A stretch of DNA of 64,000 nucleotides from Candidatus Babeliales bacterium (GCA_963722075.1 CAVRJM010000001.1:512001-576000), one strand, 5' to 3'; numbered from the stretch's first letter, positions 47,933-59,071 are shown. Notes: generated by a model not told the origin, from the letters alone. Translations and numbers: made by a program.

Positions 47933-49963
47933 ATGAATTATAGGTATTTTATTCTTCTTTTTACCCTTATTGGGCTTACTTATTCCGTCACTTTTCCTGG
48001 CCGTTTTAGCACCTATCTAAAACATAATGCTACCAAAATGCGCGCTTTATTTTCATCTGGGATTAGTTCCAGTTCTTCCGGTATTTTCAATAAGAAAAAG
48101 TTGTTTGAAAAATTAGCAGAAACAAAGTATTTTTTTTCATCTAAAAAATCTGATTATATTAAACCTTTTTTTACTCTGGGTATGGGAATAACGGGATACA
48201 CTATTGCAACATCACCCACTTCTACCGATTCTCATAAAAAAATTTCATTGGGACAATTAAAAATGGAATTAAATAATACTGATCAGGTTACACAAACAAT
48301 ATTATACGATGAAGTTCTTTATAAAGAATATATTGATCTTATTAATACGCATTTCTATGAATTAATAACCAGCGAACAAAGAAATAATCTTTTTACAGTA
48401 ATCACTAATCTAATCCACAACGATAGGGATAATATTGATTATTTCCTTACCTCAATAATAACAAATTTAAAATATATAATAGATGATTACCCAAGCCCCG
48501 GGATAACTTTTATACACAATATTTTTAAAAGTCGTTTATCATGGTTTGATTATTTTTTATTTATAATAGGTAGGCTCCCCCCTGACTTAAAATTAAAATA
48601 TGATAATGATAAAGTTTGTAAAGATCTAGTCGATGCTTTTGAAAATTTATTCACTAGTCTTGTAGATAATATTGCTATTACTGCTCATTCCGCCCCTCAA
48701 TTGCTTGGACTGATTACGCCGCTAATAGCTGATTTAGTCCCTCATTTTTGTGAGCAAGTAGTGCTTCATTGGAATCAGATACAAGAATCGCCTATTTCAT
48801 ATAAGCTTGCTGAATACTGTATTCTTCATGACCCATCTACTATTTCATTTTTCAGTACGCAGATCAAACCAACCTCCTCTATTCAATTTATAGAAGTGGT
48901 CAACAGATACGCACCTTGTGATAAAAATATAAAAAAATCATTAAAACAACTAGCAAAAGACGATTATGCCCATGATTTTGAAAAAATTGCACGATTACTC
49001 AGCTATAATGCTTATTGTACTAAGGACTCCTGCTCATTAATTTCTAAAATTAATTCCAGCTCAACCAAAAATCATCTTACTGAAAATCCAAGCACCTTAT
49101 CTAAAAGCCCTGTACTGAGCGCTTATGCAAATAATAAAGAATTAAGTGCATTAGCAAATACAATAATGTCATATGAGCAATCTCTGCAAAATAACTATTA
49201 CACCTTCGTACATGGCCAAAAGAGTTGTTATTTATTACCCGAATTATTAAACACTCATTTCTATAAGATTAGGAATAATGATAATGACCAGCATAACTTT
49301 ATCTATTTACATGTTAAGGAATTAAATAAAAGCACAAAGGCTGAAAAACAATTACGTAAGTCAATTTTAAAAAATGGCAGAGGGCGTAACAATAGGCCTT
49401 ATCTTTTATTTGCCAATCGGGCTCTTTTTGGTAATGAAACAAATCCAGGATCAAATACAGCAGGATATATTTTAGAAAATGATAATGTAGGCAATGTACA
49501 ATTACGCTTTGAAGAGATTTTTAAAAACCATCATTTATCTGAAAATTTTTATAACAAATATAAAACACGTTTAGAGCATCTACAGCAAGAATATTCGCAG
49601 CTTACTCCGTATGGCACTTGTATGCTCATTGCAATTCCAAAAGAAACCATTCATAAACATGTTTATTTAGCAATTCCAGGCGGTTATAAAAAGGCTATTA
49701 CATTGAAATCTGGCACTTCTATTCATGATATTAGGGACATCATGGCAATAGTTCAAAAAGCACCCGAGCTCATCATTGATACTGATCAACTTGAATTCTG
49801 CATACCCATGACTACTGATAAAAATGGGGGCTTAAACCCGGAAAGCGGTATTAAAATATTTCCATTCAGCGCTGCCAACACCAGCGCCTTAGATGCATGG
49901 TACGCTCAAGTGCATGCATTATTTGATGAGATAAAGAAGGATATTGAACAACATGCTCAATAA
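47933..49963 (+). CDS. Exported protein family, paralog 2
   Basis: ATG 47933 after GGAGG; upstream region and signal peptide duplicated from paralog 1. Confidence 0.85.
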   Translation: MNYRYFILLFTLIGLTYSVTFPGRFSTYLKHNATKMRALFSSGISSSSSGIFNKKKLFEKLAETKYFFSSKKSDYIKPFFTLGMGITGYTIATSPTSTDSHKKISLGQLKMELNNTDQVTQTILYDEVLYKEYIDLINTHFYELITSEQRNNLFTVITNLIHNDRDNIDYFLTSIITNLKYIIDDYPSPGITFIHNIFKSRLSWFDYFLFIIGRLPPDLKLKYDNDKVCKDLVDAFENLFTSLVDNIAITAHSAPQLLGLITPLIADLVPHFCEQVVLHWNQIQESPISYKLAEYCILHDPSTISFFSTQIKPTSSIQFIEVVNRYAPCDKNIKKSLKQLAKDDYAHDFEKIARLLSYNAYCTKDSCSLISKINSSSTKNHLTENPSTLSKSPVLSAYANNKELSALANTIMSYEQSLQNNYYTFVHGQKSCYLLPELLNTHFYKIRNNDNDQHNFIYLHVKELNKSTKAEKQLRKSILKNGRGRNNRPYLLFANRALFGNETNPGSNTAGYILENDNVGNVQLRFEEIFKNHHLSENFYNKYKTRLEHLQQEYSQLTPYGTCMLIAIPKETIHKHVYLAIPGGYKKAITLKSGTSIHDIRDIMAIVQKAPELIIDTDQLEFCIPMTTDKNGGLNPESGIKIFPFSAANTSALDAWYAQVHALFDEIKKDIEQHAQ

Positions 49964-51998
49964 AAAATTAATAATTTTATTACTTATTATTTCTTGTGGT
50001 TCATCATTACCTGCGATGAATTATTTTCATTGGGCTAAAAAGAAGCTAACACCGCGATCACTTTTTTCGTTAGTTTATAAACACGAGAACTATGGGTTCA
50101 AGGGAAATCAAATTACTCCTAGAAGGTCATTTTTCAATTACGCAAGAACCCCATTAAGTCGTTTTTATCAAAGAGATACCTTATTATCCAAAACATTTTT
50201 CACTATAGGTACTGCTCTGGGGTTAGGGATATATAAGCATGCATATGCAGTGGATGAAAGACCCTTAGGTTGTGAACCTGTAACAGGTTCTAATTATGCA
50301 TGGCATCCTCTTATTCCGGAAGATATCCCGATAACTTTAGACAATTTTATAAAGTATCTTGAATCTTTAGACAACAAAAGCTTTGCTGATGAAGCAACAA
50401 GAAATAATGACATCCAAACCCAATATGAATCGCTCATTGGTAACAATTTTAAAGAATTGCTTACGGGCAACCATCGTCAAAAATTTTTATTATTTCTTAA
50501 ATACTTTATTCAAAAAAGTAATGAAAAAAATCTACTACAAAAGATAGCGCTCCATCTAGAAGATCTTTTATCAGATTACGAAGGGCATTGTGTAATAGAT
50601 AATGCATTTATACCTTCTGATTACCAGTCAGTAACTTATTTTTTACCATACTTATTTGATAACTTAGCACTCTGTGCACAAACAGAAAAATTAATGTATT
50701 TAATACGAGAAAGTTATTACTTTTTCGGTCAATTATCCCATACCTATAAATCAATGGGATATTCACCGGATATCCATCAATTACTGCAAAGCCTTCCTAG
50801 GCGATTAAAAGAACAATGGAACTCGGTACATACGAAACCTTATGCATATTTATTATTACAAAATGCTATTTCATTAGAACCTTCTTTACTCGACTTTTTT
50901 TTACAAAATATTGATTACACTACACATTTTAAGGTAATAAAATCATTGAATAAGTTAGCCCCTTGTAATATACATCTTAAAAATAATTTGATTAATCATA
51001 CTGAAAATGATCAAATAATCGATTTTCCTTTACTTATGAAGTTATTAGCCTATAGCAGCAGCTGCCCAAACGATAATGCGCTGTTGAATCGTTTACCTAA
51101 AACTATGACGGTCAAACATTTAAATCAAAATAAACATATGGTTAACAGTCTTATTGTTCCCAACTATATTGATAATACTGAATTAACTAGAATGGTGAAT
51201 GCCATTATTGCTCAAGAGAACACATTAAAAGAGAATTATTATACATTTATACATGGGCAACGAAGTAGTTATTTACTTGCTGAGCATCTTTATACGTTTT
51301 TAAAGCAACAACATTCAAATGATAATCCGGAATTCCTCTACTTACATGTTAATAAAGAAGTTAATGATAAAAAAACCGAAAAGAAATTACGAAAATATTT
51401 GCTTGCTAATGGTAGAAATAATGATGAAGATAGACAACGAATTCTGTTTGTAAATTATGCCTTATTTGCTAACGACACAAATTCCGGGTCAAACTCTGCT
51501 CATTATATCATACAAAACCATAACGTAGGCGCTATATCCATATCATTTGAAGAAATTTTTAAAAATAACAATATTGAACATTTATATTTTAAGTATCAAA
51601 GCCGTTTGAGACAATTGTATAACGAATATAAATCACTTAACCAATATGGTACCTGTATTTTAATTGCTGTACCAAAATCAACCATTCATAAACATCTCTA
51701 TACGGCTGTATCTGGCGGCGGTAAGCGTGCAGTAGATATTAAAGGACATGGTTATACTTATGATATCCGATTAATCTTGAAAACAATTGAAGAATCTCCT
51801 GAGCTTATTAAAGATACTGATCAATTAGAATTTTGTATCCCCATGACAACCGATAAAAATGGCGGATTAAACCCTGAAAGCGGTATTAAGATTTTTCCTT
51901 TTAGCGCTGCTAATCCAAGTGCTTTAGATGCCTGGTATGCACAAGTACATGCATTATTTGATGAAATACAAAAAGATATACAAAGCAATGCCCAATGA
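49953..51998 (+). CDS. Exported protein family, paralog 3
   Basis: ATG 49953 overlaps the paralog 2 stop; YYTFIHGQ and FCIPMTTDKNGGLNPESGIK conserved. Confidence 0.85.
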   Translation: MLNKKLIILLLIISCGSSLPAMNYFHWAKKKLTPRSLFSLVYKHENYGFKGNQITPRRSFFNYARTPLSRFYQRDTLLSKTFFTIGTALGLGIYKHAYAVDERPLGCEPVTGSNYAWHPLIPEDIPITLDNFIKYLESLDNKSFADEATRNNDIQTQYESLIGNNFKELLTGNHRQKFLLFLKYFIQKSNEKNLLQKIALHLEDLLSDYEGHCVIDNAFIPSDYQSVTYFLPYLFDNLALCAQTEKLMYLIRESYYFFGQLSHTYKSMGYSPDIHQLLQSLPRRLKEQWNSVHTKPYAYLLLQNAISLEPSLLDFFLQNIDYTTHFKVIKSLNKLAPCNIHLKNNLINHTENDQIIDFPLLMKLLAYSSSCPNDNALLNRLPKTMTVKHLNQNKHMVNSLIVPNYIDNTELTRMVNAIIAQENTLKENYYTFIHGQRSSYLLAEHLYTFLKQQHSNDNPEFLYLHVNKEVNDKKTEKKLRKYLLANGRNNDEDRQRILFVNYALFANDTNSGSNSAHYIIQNHNVGAISISFEEIFKNNNIEHLYFKYQSRLRQLYNEYKSLNQYGTCILIAVPKSTIHKHLYTAVSGGGKRAVDIKGHGYTYDIRLILKTIEESPELIKDTDQLEFCIPMTTDKNGGLNPESGIKIFPFSAANPSALDAWYAQVHALFDEIQKDIQSNAQ

Positions 51999-52103
51999 TT
52001 TCTAGGTAATAGAAAAAATATTTAAAAATACGATAATTCGATTATAATAATTTCTAGAATCCATTAAATTGTTTATATTCTCATAACCTAAAGAAAGCAT
52101 TAT

Positions 52104-52718
52104 ATGATTAAAATAAAAAAACTTATTTTTTTACTATTGCTTATAAATACATCTCACCTCAATTCGATGCACATAAGTGATTTGTGGCAAGAATCTGCTT
52201 CTGCAAAAAAGATTTTTGCTTTATCAGTAGCTTCTATACTTGGTTATAATATGCTTCATAGATTCATAAGCTATCACCTCAGCCCATTTTATATTAAGAA
52301 TAAAACGGTAATTCAGAACTTAAGCAATGTTGAGGCAGCAATCGAAGGCTTCCAAGATGCATCGCGACCAAGTCTGCTTATCGGCGCCCTTATAGTCGGT
52401 GCTTCACGCATAGGTTCTCTGCCTAAACTAGAATGGGCTGATTTAATTAAACCCGGCCTTGCTACGCTAGGAATTATAACAGTATTTTCCTTATTTGATG
52501 GCTATCGAAAAGCACTATATTACGATCATGAAGAAATGGTTAATGGAAGGACTGGAAAGATGAAGACATCGCTCATCAATAAGGGGCCCGAACAATCTAA
52601 GAGATTCGTTGCGTCTGCTTTTGCTAATGACTCGAAGCAATTTTGGGGAACCATAGCGGCTATAGGATTACCTCTTGGCTTTATTACTATGCGTTATATG
52701 AAAAGTAGGAATGCTTAA
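52104..52718 (+). CDS. Hypothetical membrane protein
   Basis: Signal peptide then MH; several hydrophobic segments. Confidence 0.75.
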   Translation: MIKIKKLIFLLLLINTSHLNSMHISDLWQESASAKKIFALSVASILGYNMLHRFISYHLSPFYIKNKTVIQNLSNVEAAIEGFQDASRPSLLIGALIVGASRIGSLPKLEWADLIKPGLATLGIITVFSLFDGYRKALYYDHEEMVNGRTGKMKTSLINKGPEQSKRFVASAFANDSKQFWGTIAAIGLPLGFITMRYMKSRNA

Positions 52719-52732
52719 TAAAGGAGAGATGC

Positions 52733-53770
52733 ATGCATCTCATTTTTGTTCTTTATGACAGCATAACTAATTCAATTTTCGATAGTCAGATTGCAATTCC
52801 CTTACTGCAGCGTAAGCAGCAAAATCCCCTTCTAACTATCACGATTATTAGTTTTGAAAAAAAAATTAATGCGCATTCGTATAAAGCAATAACTGATAAA
52901 TACCCGCAGCTGCAATTTGTGTTTTTAAAAAAACAGCTCTTTATTACGCCATTCTTTTTATTTTCTGCCATTCAGCAATTAAAAAAAATATTGGCTTCTT
53001 TTTCTAACTATCAGCTCATAGCGCGCGGGCCGCTTGCTGGCTTTCTTTGTCTAAAAGCTATTAACCCAAAAAAACGCACACCATTAATTATTCAAGCACG
53101 GGGATTATTATATGAAGAATATAACTATGTTCATCAAGACACCAAAAATAAACTGCTGCAATTAATTCACTCGTGGCGAGCACATCAATATAAAAAAATA
53201 GAACAGTACGTTTATTCACACAAAAAAAAACAAACGTACGCCATAGAAGCAGTCAGTATTGCACTGAAAGAACATCTTATTGCCACCTACCATGCGTGTC
53301 CCGACGCTATTACCATTGCAGAACACGATATCCCAACTACCATACCAGCATCACAACTCCGATCCTGGCGAACTGAAATCAGACATCAACTACAATTATC
53401 GGATGATATCATCGTTTATTGTTATAATGGATCGCTACGAGCATGGCAATGCCCACAACAAACCATTGAGTTTTTTTATAATCAGTTGCAAAAAAATAAG
53501 AATATTTTTTTATTAGTACTCACGCAGGATGCCAAATCTTTCCAGCAATTATTACAACAAAAAGATATAGATGCTGCTTTTTACAAAGTACTCAATGTAC
53601 CTCATCAGGAGATTTACCAGTATTTAGCTGCTGCCGATAGCGGACTTATTTTTAGAGAACAGCATATACTTAATTGGGTTTCTCGTCCTACCAAGATTCT
53701 TGAATACCAAGCAGTAGGGCTTCCTATTATTCACAATAATACGATTGCTATGATTACAGAAACAAATTAA
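52733..53770 (+). CDS. Glycosyltransferase, GT-B fold (GT4-like)
   Basis: YNGSLRAWQ, VPHQEIYQYLAAAD, PTKILEY.AVGLPII. Confidence 0.8.
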   Translation: MHLIFVLYDSITNSIFDSQIAIPLLQRKQQNPLLTITIISFEKKINAHSYKAITDKYPQLQFVFLKKQLFITPFFLFSAIQQLKKILASFSNYQLIARGPLAGFLCLKAINPKKRTPLIIQARGLLYEEYNYVHQDTKNKLLQLIHSWRAHQYKKIEQYVYSHKKKQTYAIEAVSIALKEHLIATYHACPDAITIAEHDIPTTIPASQLRSWRTEIRHQLQLSDDIIVYCYNGSLRAWQCPQQTIEFFYNQLQKNKNIFLLVLTQDAKSFQQLLQQKDIDAAFYKVLNVPHQEIYQYLAAADSGLIFREQHILNWVSRPTKILEYQAVGLPIIHNNTIAMITETN

Positions 53771-53793
53771 TGGATCCACACGCCAGCTCGGGA

Positions 53794-53818
53794 TGACAGC
53801 TTTGAATCAAAGCTGTCA
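53794..53818. terminator. Hairpin between convergent genes, part of a REP-like half element (53771-53798)
   Basis: TGACAGCTTTGA-A-TCAAAGCTGTCA perfect inverted repeat that includes the nupC stop codon. Confidence 0.6.
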
Positions 53819-55078
53819 AATTAACAACCCAACAATCATAGCTGAGAGAAGATTTGATAACGATCCTCCCAAGACTGCTAATAATCCCAATTCAGTAAGC
53901 CAATGACGTTTTTCAGGAACCAATGACCCAATACCGCCAATTTGTATACCAATACAGGAAAAGTTAGAAAAGCCACATAATGCATACGTAAGTAATGCGG
54001 AAGTACGCTCAGAAAAGTTACTTGCCACCATATGACCATACGCAATAAGCTCATTAATGGTGACCTTAATACCAAGCAAGCTCCCCACTTTGAATGCTTC
54101 TTCACCGGTAAAACCAAGCAGATACCCAAACGGCGCAAAAAGCCATGAGAAAATGTACTTAAGATTAATAAGTGGCAATGCAAATGCATAGCCCCATTGT
54201 GAAAGCAATGAATTTGCTTGTGTTGAAGAATATTCAAGTAAATAGTTAAAAAGCGCGATTAATGAGATAAATGAAATTAACATAGCACCAACATTAAGTG
54301 CCAAAAAGAGGCCGTCAGTTGTTCCGGTTGAAACAGCATCAAGCATATTAGTTGCCGGGCTTGCAGCGGCCGTAGCGCCGTGTGCCGTTTCAGGCTGTTC
54401 CGTTTCAGGGTATAAAATTTTTGCAATTAAAATAGTTCCGGGGATAGCCATCACACTTGCCGTTAATAAATGTACCGCCGGTACTCCCATTGCTACAAAC
54501 ACCATCAATATTGCACCGCTAATGGTTCCCATACCGCTTACCATAACTACCAGCATTTCCGATTTGGTCATATTTTTTAAATAGTTACGAATCAATAAGG
54601 GCGCTTCTGTTTGCCCTAAGAAACTATTAGCAATGGTACATAACGTTTCAGCTCCAGAAGTTCCAAGCAATGGTCTCATAACGATACTAATAGCACCAAC
54701 GCATCGTTGCACCAAGCCTACATAAAATAATAATGACATTAAGGCCCCAAAAAAAATAATAATAGGAAGCACCTTAAAGGCAAAAATAAAGGCCCATGAG
54801 CCAGTGGCATTGGTTAAATTACCAAATAAAAACCGCGCACCTTCATCAGCGCATACATAAACTTTATTAATAGCATTTGCAACTGATTGCACTAATCTTA
54901 TACCCACGGTTGTCTTCAACATAAAAAAAGCAAGCAGACCCTCTAGGCACAGTGCGTTACAAACTAATCGATAATTTATCGCTTTACGATTACGTGAAAG
55001 GAGAAATGCAAGAAAAAGAATTACAAAAATACCAATGACATTACAAAAACGGTTATATTCAAGTAAATAAGAAATCAT
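53816..55078 (-). CDS. nupC: Concentrative nucleoside transporter (CNT/NupC family)
   Basis: FAFKVLPIIIFF, FLGQTEAPL, NELIAY, YALCGFSNFS.IGIQIGG. Confidence 0.93.
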   Translation of the reverse strand: MISYLLEYNRFCNVIGIFVILFLAFLLSRNRKAINYRLVCNALCLEGLLAFFMLKTTVGIRLVQSVANAINKVYVCADEGARFLFGNLTNATGSWAFIFAFKVLPIIIFFGALMSLLFYVGLVQRCVGAISIVMRPLLGTSGAETLCTIANSFLGQTEAPLLIRNYLKNMTKSEMLVVMVSGMGTISGAILMVFVAMGVPAVHLLTASVMAIPGTILIAKILYPETEQPETAHGATAAASPATNMLDAVSTGTTDGLFLALNVGAMLISFISLIALFNYLLEYSSTQANSLLSQWGYAFALPLINLKYIFSWLFAPFGYLLGFTGEEAFKVGSLLGIKVTINELIAYGHMVASNFSERTSALLTYALCGFSNFSCIGIQIGGIGSLVPEKRHWLTELGLLAVLGGSLSNLLSAMIVGLLI

Positions 55079-55099
55079 GAAAATCCTTTTATGTTTCAG

Positions 55100-56185
55100 T
55101 TATGATGAAAGTAAAGATGCAAATAATGCGGTGTCTTTTTTTCGAGCTTGACGACCATGGACTATAAGGGCAGTAATAATTTCATCCAAATCCCCTTCCA
55201 TGACCATATCTAATTTTTTAAGAGTTACATCAACTTGATGGTCGGTAATTCTATTTTGTGGATAATTATAGGTACGTACTTTTTCAGAACGCATACCAGC
55301 GCCTACCATTTCTTTTCTTTTTTGACTTAATTCTGCTTCATGTTTTTCTTGTTGCGCAGCAATGAGCCGTGCCTGCAAAATCTTCATCGCTTTTGCACGA
55401 TTTTTATGTTGCGAACGTTCATCTTGACATGCTACCACAATACCGGAGGGAATATGGGTAATACGTATGGCAGAATCAGTTTTATTGACATGCTGCCCGC
55501 CCGCGCCGCCTGCTCGATAGGTATCAATACGTAAATCAGCCGGATTAATCGCAATATCAACTTCTTCACCTTCAGGCAGTACCGCGACCGTTGCTGTGGA
55601 GGTATGAATTCGGCCTGAGGTTTCGGTTTTAGGAACCCGCTGTACTCTATGTACCCCAGCTTCATACTTAAGATGGCCATACACATTTTTACCCTGAATA
55701 TGAAGAATTCCTTCTCGGATTCCCCCTAAATCAGTAGAACTTGAATCAACCAATGAAACCTGCCATCCCTTTGATAAGCCATAATTGGTGTACATTTTAA
55801 GCATATCAGCAGCAAAAAGAGCTGCTTCTTGCCCCCCCGTACCTGCTCGTATTTCTAAGAACACTGAGCTATTATCAAGGGGATCTTGCGGATACAAAAG
55901 CTCTTCCAGTTCATTACTGGCCTTAATAAGCCGCTCTTCTATATCGGTAATTTCTGCCGTATACAATTCAATTAAAGAAGGATCTGTGTGGGCGCCAAGC
56001 TGCGCTTTTAAATCAGTAAGCTCTTTTTGTAACACTACAATAGATGTATGTTTTTCTAAGAGGTTTTTTAAGACGCTATGTTCTTTTTGAACTTCTTGCC
56101 GTTGCATGGTATCCAGATTTGGCTGTACCATTTTTTTTTCTAACTCATTTATACGAGCTTCAACAGAATCCCACTGAATGTTCAT
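55100..56185 (-). CDS. prfA: Peptide chain release factor 1
   Basis: GGQ motif, PKT (PxT) stop-codon recognition motif, RTYNYPQNR. Confidence 0.97.
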   Translation of the reverse strand: MNIQWDSVEARINELEKKMVQPNLDTMQRQEVQKEHSVLKNLLEKHTSIVVLQKELTDLKAQLGAHTDPSLIELYTAEITDIEERLIKASNELEELLYPQDPLDNSSVFLEIRAGTGGQEAALFAADMLKMYTNYGLSKGWQVSLVDSSSTDLGGIREGILHIQGKNVYGHLKYEAGVHRVQRVPKTETSGRIHTSTATVAVLPEGEEVDIAINPADLRIDTYRAGGAGGQHVNKTDSAIRITHIPSGIVVACQDERSQHKNRAKAMKILQARLIAAQQEKHEAELSQKRKEMVGAGMRSEKVRTYNYPQNRITDHQVDVTLKKLDMVMEGDLDEIITALIVHGRQARKKDTALFASLLSS

Positions 56186-56195
56186 ATATACTTTT

Positions 56196-56408
56196 TTAAG
56201 CCTTTTTTAAGCTTTTCTTGAATCGTTTTTCAAACTTTTCAATACGTCCTGCTGTATCAACAAATTTTTGTTCGCCCGTAAAAAAAGGATGGCAAGAAGA
56301 GCAAATGGTAACGCGTAGTTCAGGCAATGTTGAATGGGTAGCAAAGCTATTACCACAAGCACAGTGAGCTGTAATCTCATGAATTTCAGGATGAATAGAT
56401 GATTTCAT
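56196..56408 (-). CDS. rpmE: 50S ribosomal protein L31 (zinc-binding type)
   Basis: [23 protein letters not shown]. Confidence 0.97.
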   Translation of the reverse strand: MKSSIHPEIHEITAHCACGNSFATHSTLPELRVTICSSCHPFFTGEQKFVDTAGRIEKFEKRFKKSLKKA

Positions 56409-56653
56409 AAAACTCCTTATATTCTATTTATTTATAATTGGAATGGTTTCTATTAGTATTGCCTAAATCCTCATTCTTGTAAAGATTAAGACCCTATAAA
56501 ACACCTAGGCAAATCGCCTTAGATAATATAAGATAGCAGATTTTAAAATATTTTCAAGTAGTAATTTTTATTGATTTATTTCCCTATAAATTGGTATTCT
56601 TATATAAAGAATAAGTTATAAGCGATAAATAGGTATAAAGGGGGAGTTTATTA

Positions 56654-57619
56654 ATGAATAAAAGAATTATATTGTTACTTACCACTTTTTTCAGTGCCCC
56701 AGTTTTTGGGCTTTCTGATTGTAGTAAAACTACTCAAGAATTGATAACTAAGGCAACTCCGGCACGTATGCAACAAGTTATTGATTCATATAAAAATGCC
56801 GTTTTTGGCATGGGGAATGATTCACTCATAAAAGCTGGCTATGATGAAAAAGCATTTGAGACCTGGGAAGATCTTTTAGAATGTGCTCATGAATGGATTA
56901 AAGAACAAGTCAACCAAAAAAAATCACCTGCTCATTATAAAACAGCTATTACTAATTTAAGAATGGTTAACGAATTTCTTAAAATTAAAATACCGCAACT
57001 CAAAACAAAATATGCTTTAATCATTGAAAAAAAGAATAAGAAAACAGGAACCATTGATATTGATGCTAATAAATTAAAGATATTCTCTTCTATCGATGTA
57101 GCACAATTAGCTGACCTTGAAAAAAATTTAGAAAAATATAGCGGCCTTGCTAATACTATTAATGCTACCGCACTTAGTACCATTTTAAACAATACACCGG
57201 TCCCAACTTCATGGACCGGCAATATAGAAAAAAATCCCGCTAAAATATTACCCAATTATCAAACGTTTTTCAAAAGTTATAGTAATATAAAAACAGCTCT
57301 TAATCATGACCCGGATAAATTTCTTTACTTTTTACAAACACAAAACATCCCGCTTCATGACTCAATTGATGCTGCGATTGTTATGGAACAAATGGAGCAA
57401 TTTATTTTTATTAAGAAAAATGCAAAAGAAGCGCAAGAAGTTTTAAATCGCATACGAGAAATATACCCGAAAATTTTAAGTAATAAAGAAGTTGGGCAAT
57501 TAGTTGCCACACAGGATAAAGCTTCAATGATTATTTATAGTGAAGCAGAAGTATTGGCACTTATTTGTGATCGATTACTGCAAGAAGTTCACCAACTTGT
57601 TCAGGCAATGAAGAAGTAA
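56654..57619 (+). CDS. Hypothetical exported protein
   Basis: Signal peptide; shares W.........PNY.TFFKSYS with the next ORF. Confidence 0.75.
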   Translation: MNKRIILLLTTFFSAPVFGLSDCSKTTQELITKATPARMQQVIDSYKNAVFGMGNDSLIKAGYDEKAFETWEDLLECAHEWIKEQVNQKKSPAHYKTAITNLRMVNEFLKIKIPQLKTKYALIIEKKNKKTGTIDIDANKLKIFSSIDVAQLADLEKNLEKYSGLANTINATALSTILNNTPVPTSWTGNIEKNPAKILPNYQTFFKSYSNIKTALNHDPDKFLYFLQTQNIPLHDSIDAAIVMEQMEQFIFIKKNAKEAQEVLNRIREIYPKILSNKEVGQLVATQDKASMIIYSEAEVLALICDRLLQEVHQLVQAMKK

Positions 57620-57629
57620 TGGTGATTTT

Positions 57630-58535
57630 ATGAAAAGATTATTAATTTTATTATTATTTACCGCCATCTTTGGTCAAAGTTACTCCGTTGCTCCCTTTGG
57701 CTCTTGTAGTAAAGATATTTATGCAGGAACCCTTAAACAAAATGCTGAAGATCTTATTAGACGGCTGAATACCGAATCTGTTCGCACATTTGCGGTAGAT
57801 TCATATATTAATGAAGAAATTAATAAAATAAAATTTATTAGTTGGGTAAATTCACTTGCCTGTTATTACGAACTCGCACAAAACACCAAAAAAAATAATC
57901 AATACATGTTATATATTCTTACTCGTTATTACACCATTGCCACAGCAATTTATAGCGCAGCAAACGCAATTTACAAAAAAAATACACTCAAATTAGAAGA
58001 AAAAAACAATCTCAAAAAAACATTGGAAACTATAGACACCGAGCTTAAATCCTATAGTTTGGAAACTTATGAGATTCTTAGACAGACGGAACTACCATCC
58101 GCATGGAAAAAAACAGTCCCTAAGAAATTAGAAGAAGCTTTTCCCAATTATGGAACTTTCTTCAAAAGCTATTCACTCGGTAAAGAATCAGTCAATAAAT
58201 CTTTTTCAAATGTTGAGTTTGAAGCTTTTTTAAAAATAAATGGGATATCAATTACTAAACATGGCCTTGAAGACCTTTTAAATCAACTTGAAAAGTTTAT
58301 TTATCGTTTAAAAGAAACTTGGTTTAAAAATGAAGTCCAACTCGCGCTTATTAAGGAAGCTGAAGAAATTGAAAAACGTATCATAACTCAATATTCAAAC
58401 TTTAGCTTTATTACCGGATCATTTCGCCAGCAAATAAGCAAAAGTTCTGATAAAATCAATTTAATAATATTCTTTATTGCTGATATTTATAGAGGAATAA
58501 TTCAAAAATTATTAAAAAATATTAATAGTTTATAA
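57630..58535 (+). CDS. Hypothetical exported protein, distant paralog of 56654
   Basis: Signal peptide; CSK near the N-terminus, PNYGTFFKSYS, Q(L/M)E.FI. Confidence 0.75.
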   Translation: MKRLLILLLFTAIFGQSYSVAPFGSCSKDIYAGTLKQNAEDLIRRLNTESVRTFAVDSYINEEINKIKFISWVNSLACYYELAQNTKKNNQYMLYILTRYYTIATAIYSAANAIYKKNTLKLEEKNNLKKTLETIDTELKSYSLETYEILRQTELPSAWKKTVPKKLEEAFPNYGTFFKSYSLGKESVNKSFSNVEFEAFLKINGISITKHGLEDLLNQLEKFIYRLKETWFKNEVQLALIKEAEEIEKRIITQYSNFSFITGSFRQQISKSSDKINLIIFFIADIYRGIIQKLLKNINSL

Positions 58536-58550
58536 ATAAGGGAGATACCA

Positions 58551-58847
58551 ATGAAAAACGTTACTAAATTAGTTATATGTTCATTACTTGCCTATGGTCA
58601 ATTATATGCGGCTGCCGAACTTGATACCCACAATGAACCTCTCGCCAATAAAGCAGAATGTGTTCAATGGAAGAAAAATATTGATAGTAAGAAAAAACTT
58701 ATTACTAAATATCAACAAAAGCTAACGAACACTGTCGATAAAAAAAGTAGACAAGATTTGCACAAAAAGATTCAAACTCATATTGACCAACAAAGTAATA
58801 TTGAGCACAATTTTGGCCAAGAGTGCTCAAAATATAACATAAAATAA
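58551..58847 (+). CDS. Small exported helical protein with two cysteines
   Basis: RBS AGGGAG; signal peptide; 98 aa. Confidence 0.7.
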   Translation: MKNVTKLVICSLLAYGQLYAAAELDTHNEPLANKAECVQWKKNIDSKKKLITKYQQKLTNTVDKKSRQDLHKKIQTHIDQQSNIEHNFGQECSKYNIK

Positions 58848-58852
58848 TATTT

Positions 58853-59071
58853 TTATTTTTTTGGCAATCGCCGCAAGGCCGAACCTTTATGCATAGCTAA
58901 ATGCTCTGTCTTATCACTTTTAATAAGATATTGAGGCTCTTCTTTGCTTGCATGTACGGTATACCCTTTAAAAATGATGGGTGCGGTAATTTTTTTCTTT
59001 ATAACGCCTCGCACCATTCCCGCTTCTGAATTCCATTCAACATGATCACCTATTTTAAAATCTTTGGCCAT
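58853..59071 (-). CDS. DUF2945 / HVA1 Tudor-like small protein
   Basis: GDHVEWNSEAG, ASKEEPQYLIKSDKT.HLAMHK; RBS GAGG. Confidence 0.85.
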   Translation of the reverse strand: MAKDFKIGDHVEWNSEAGMVRGVIKKKITAPIIFKGYTVHASKEEPQYLIKSDKTEHLAMHKGSALRRLPKK

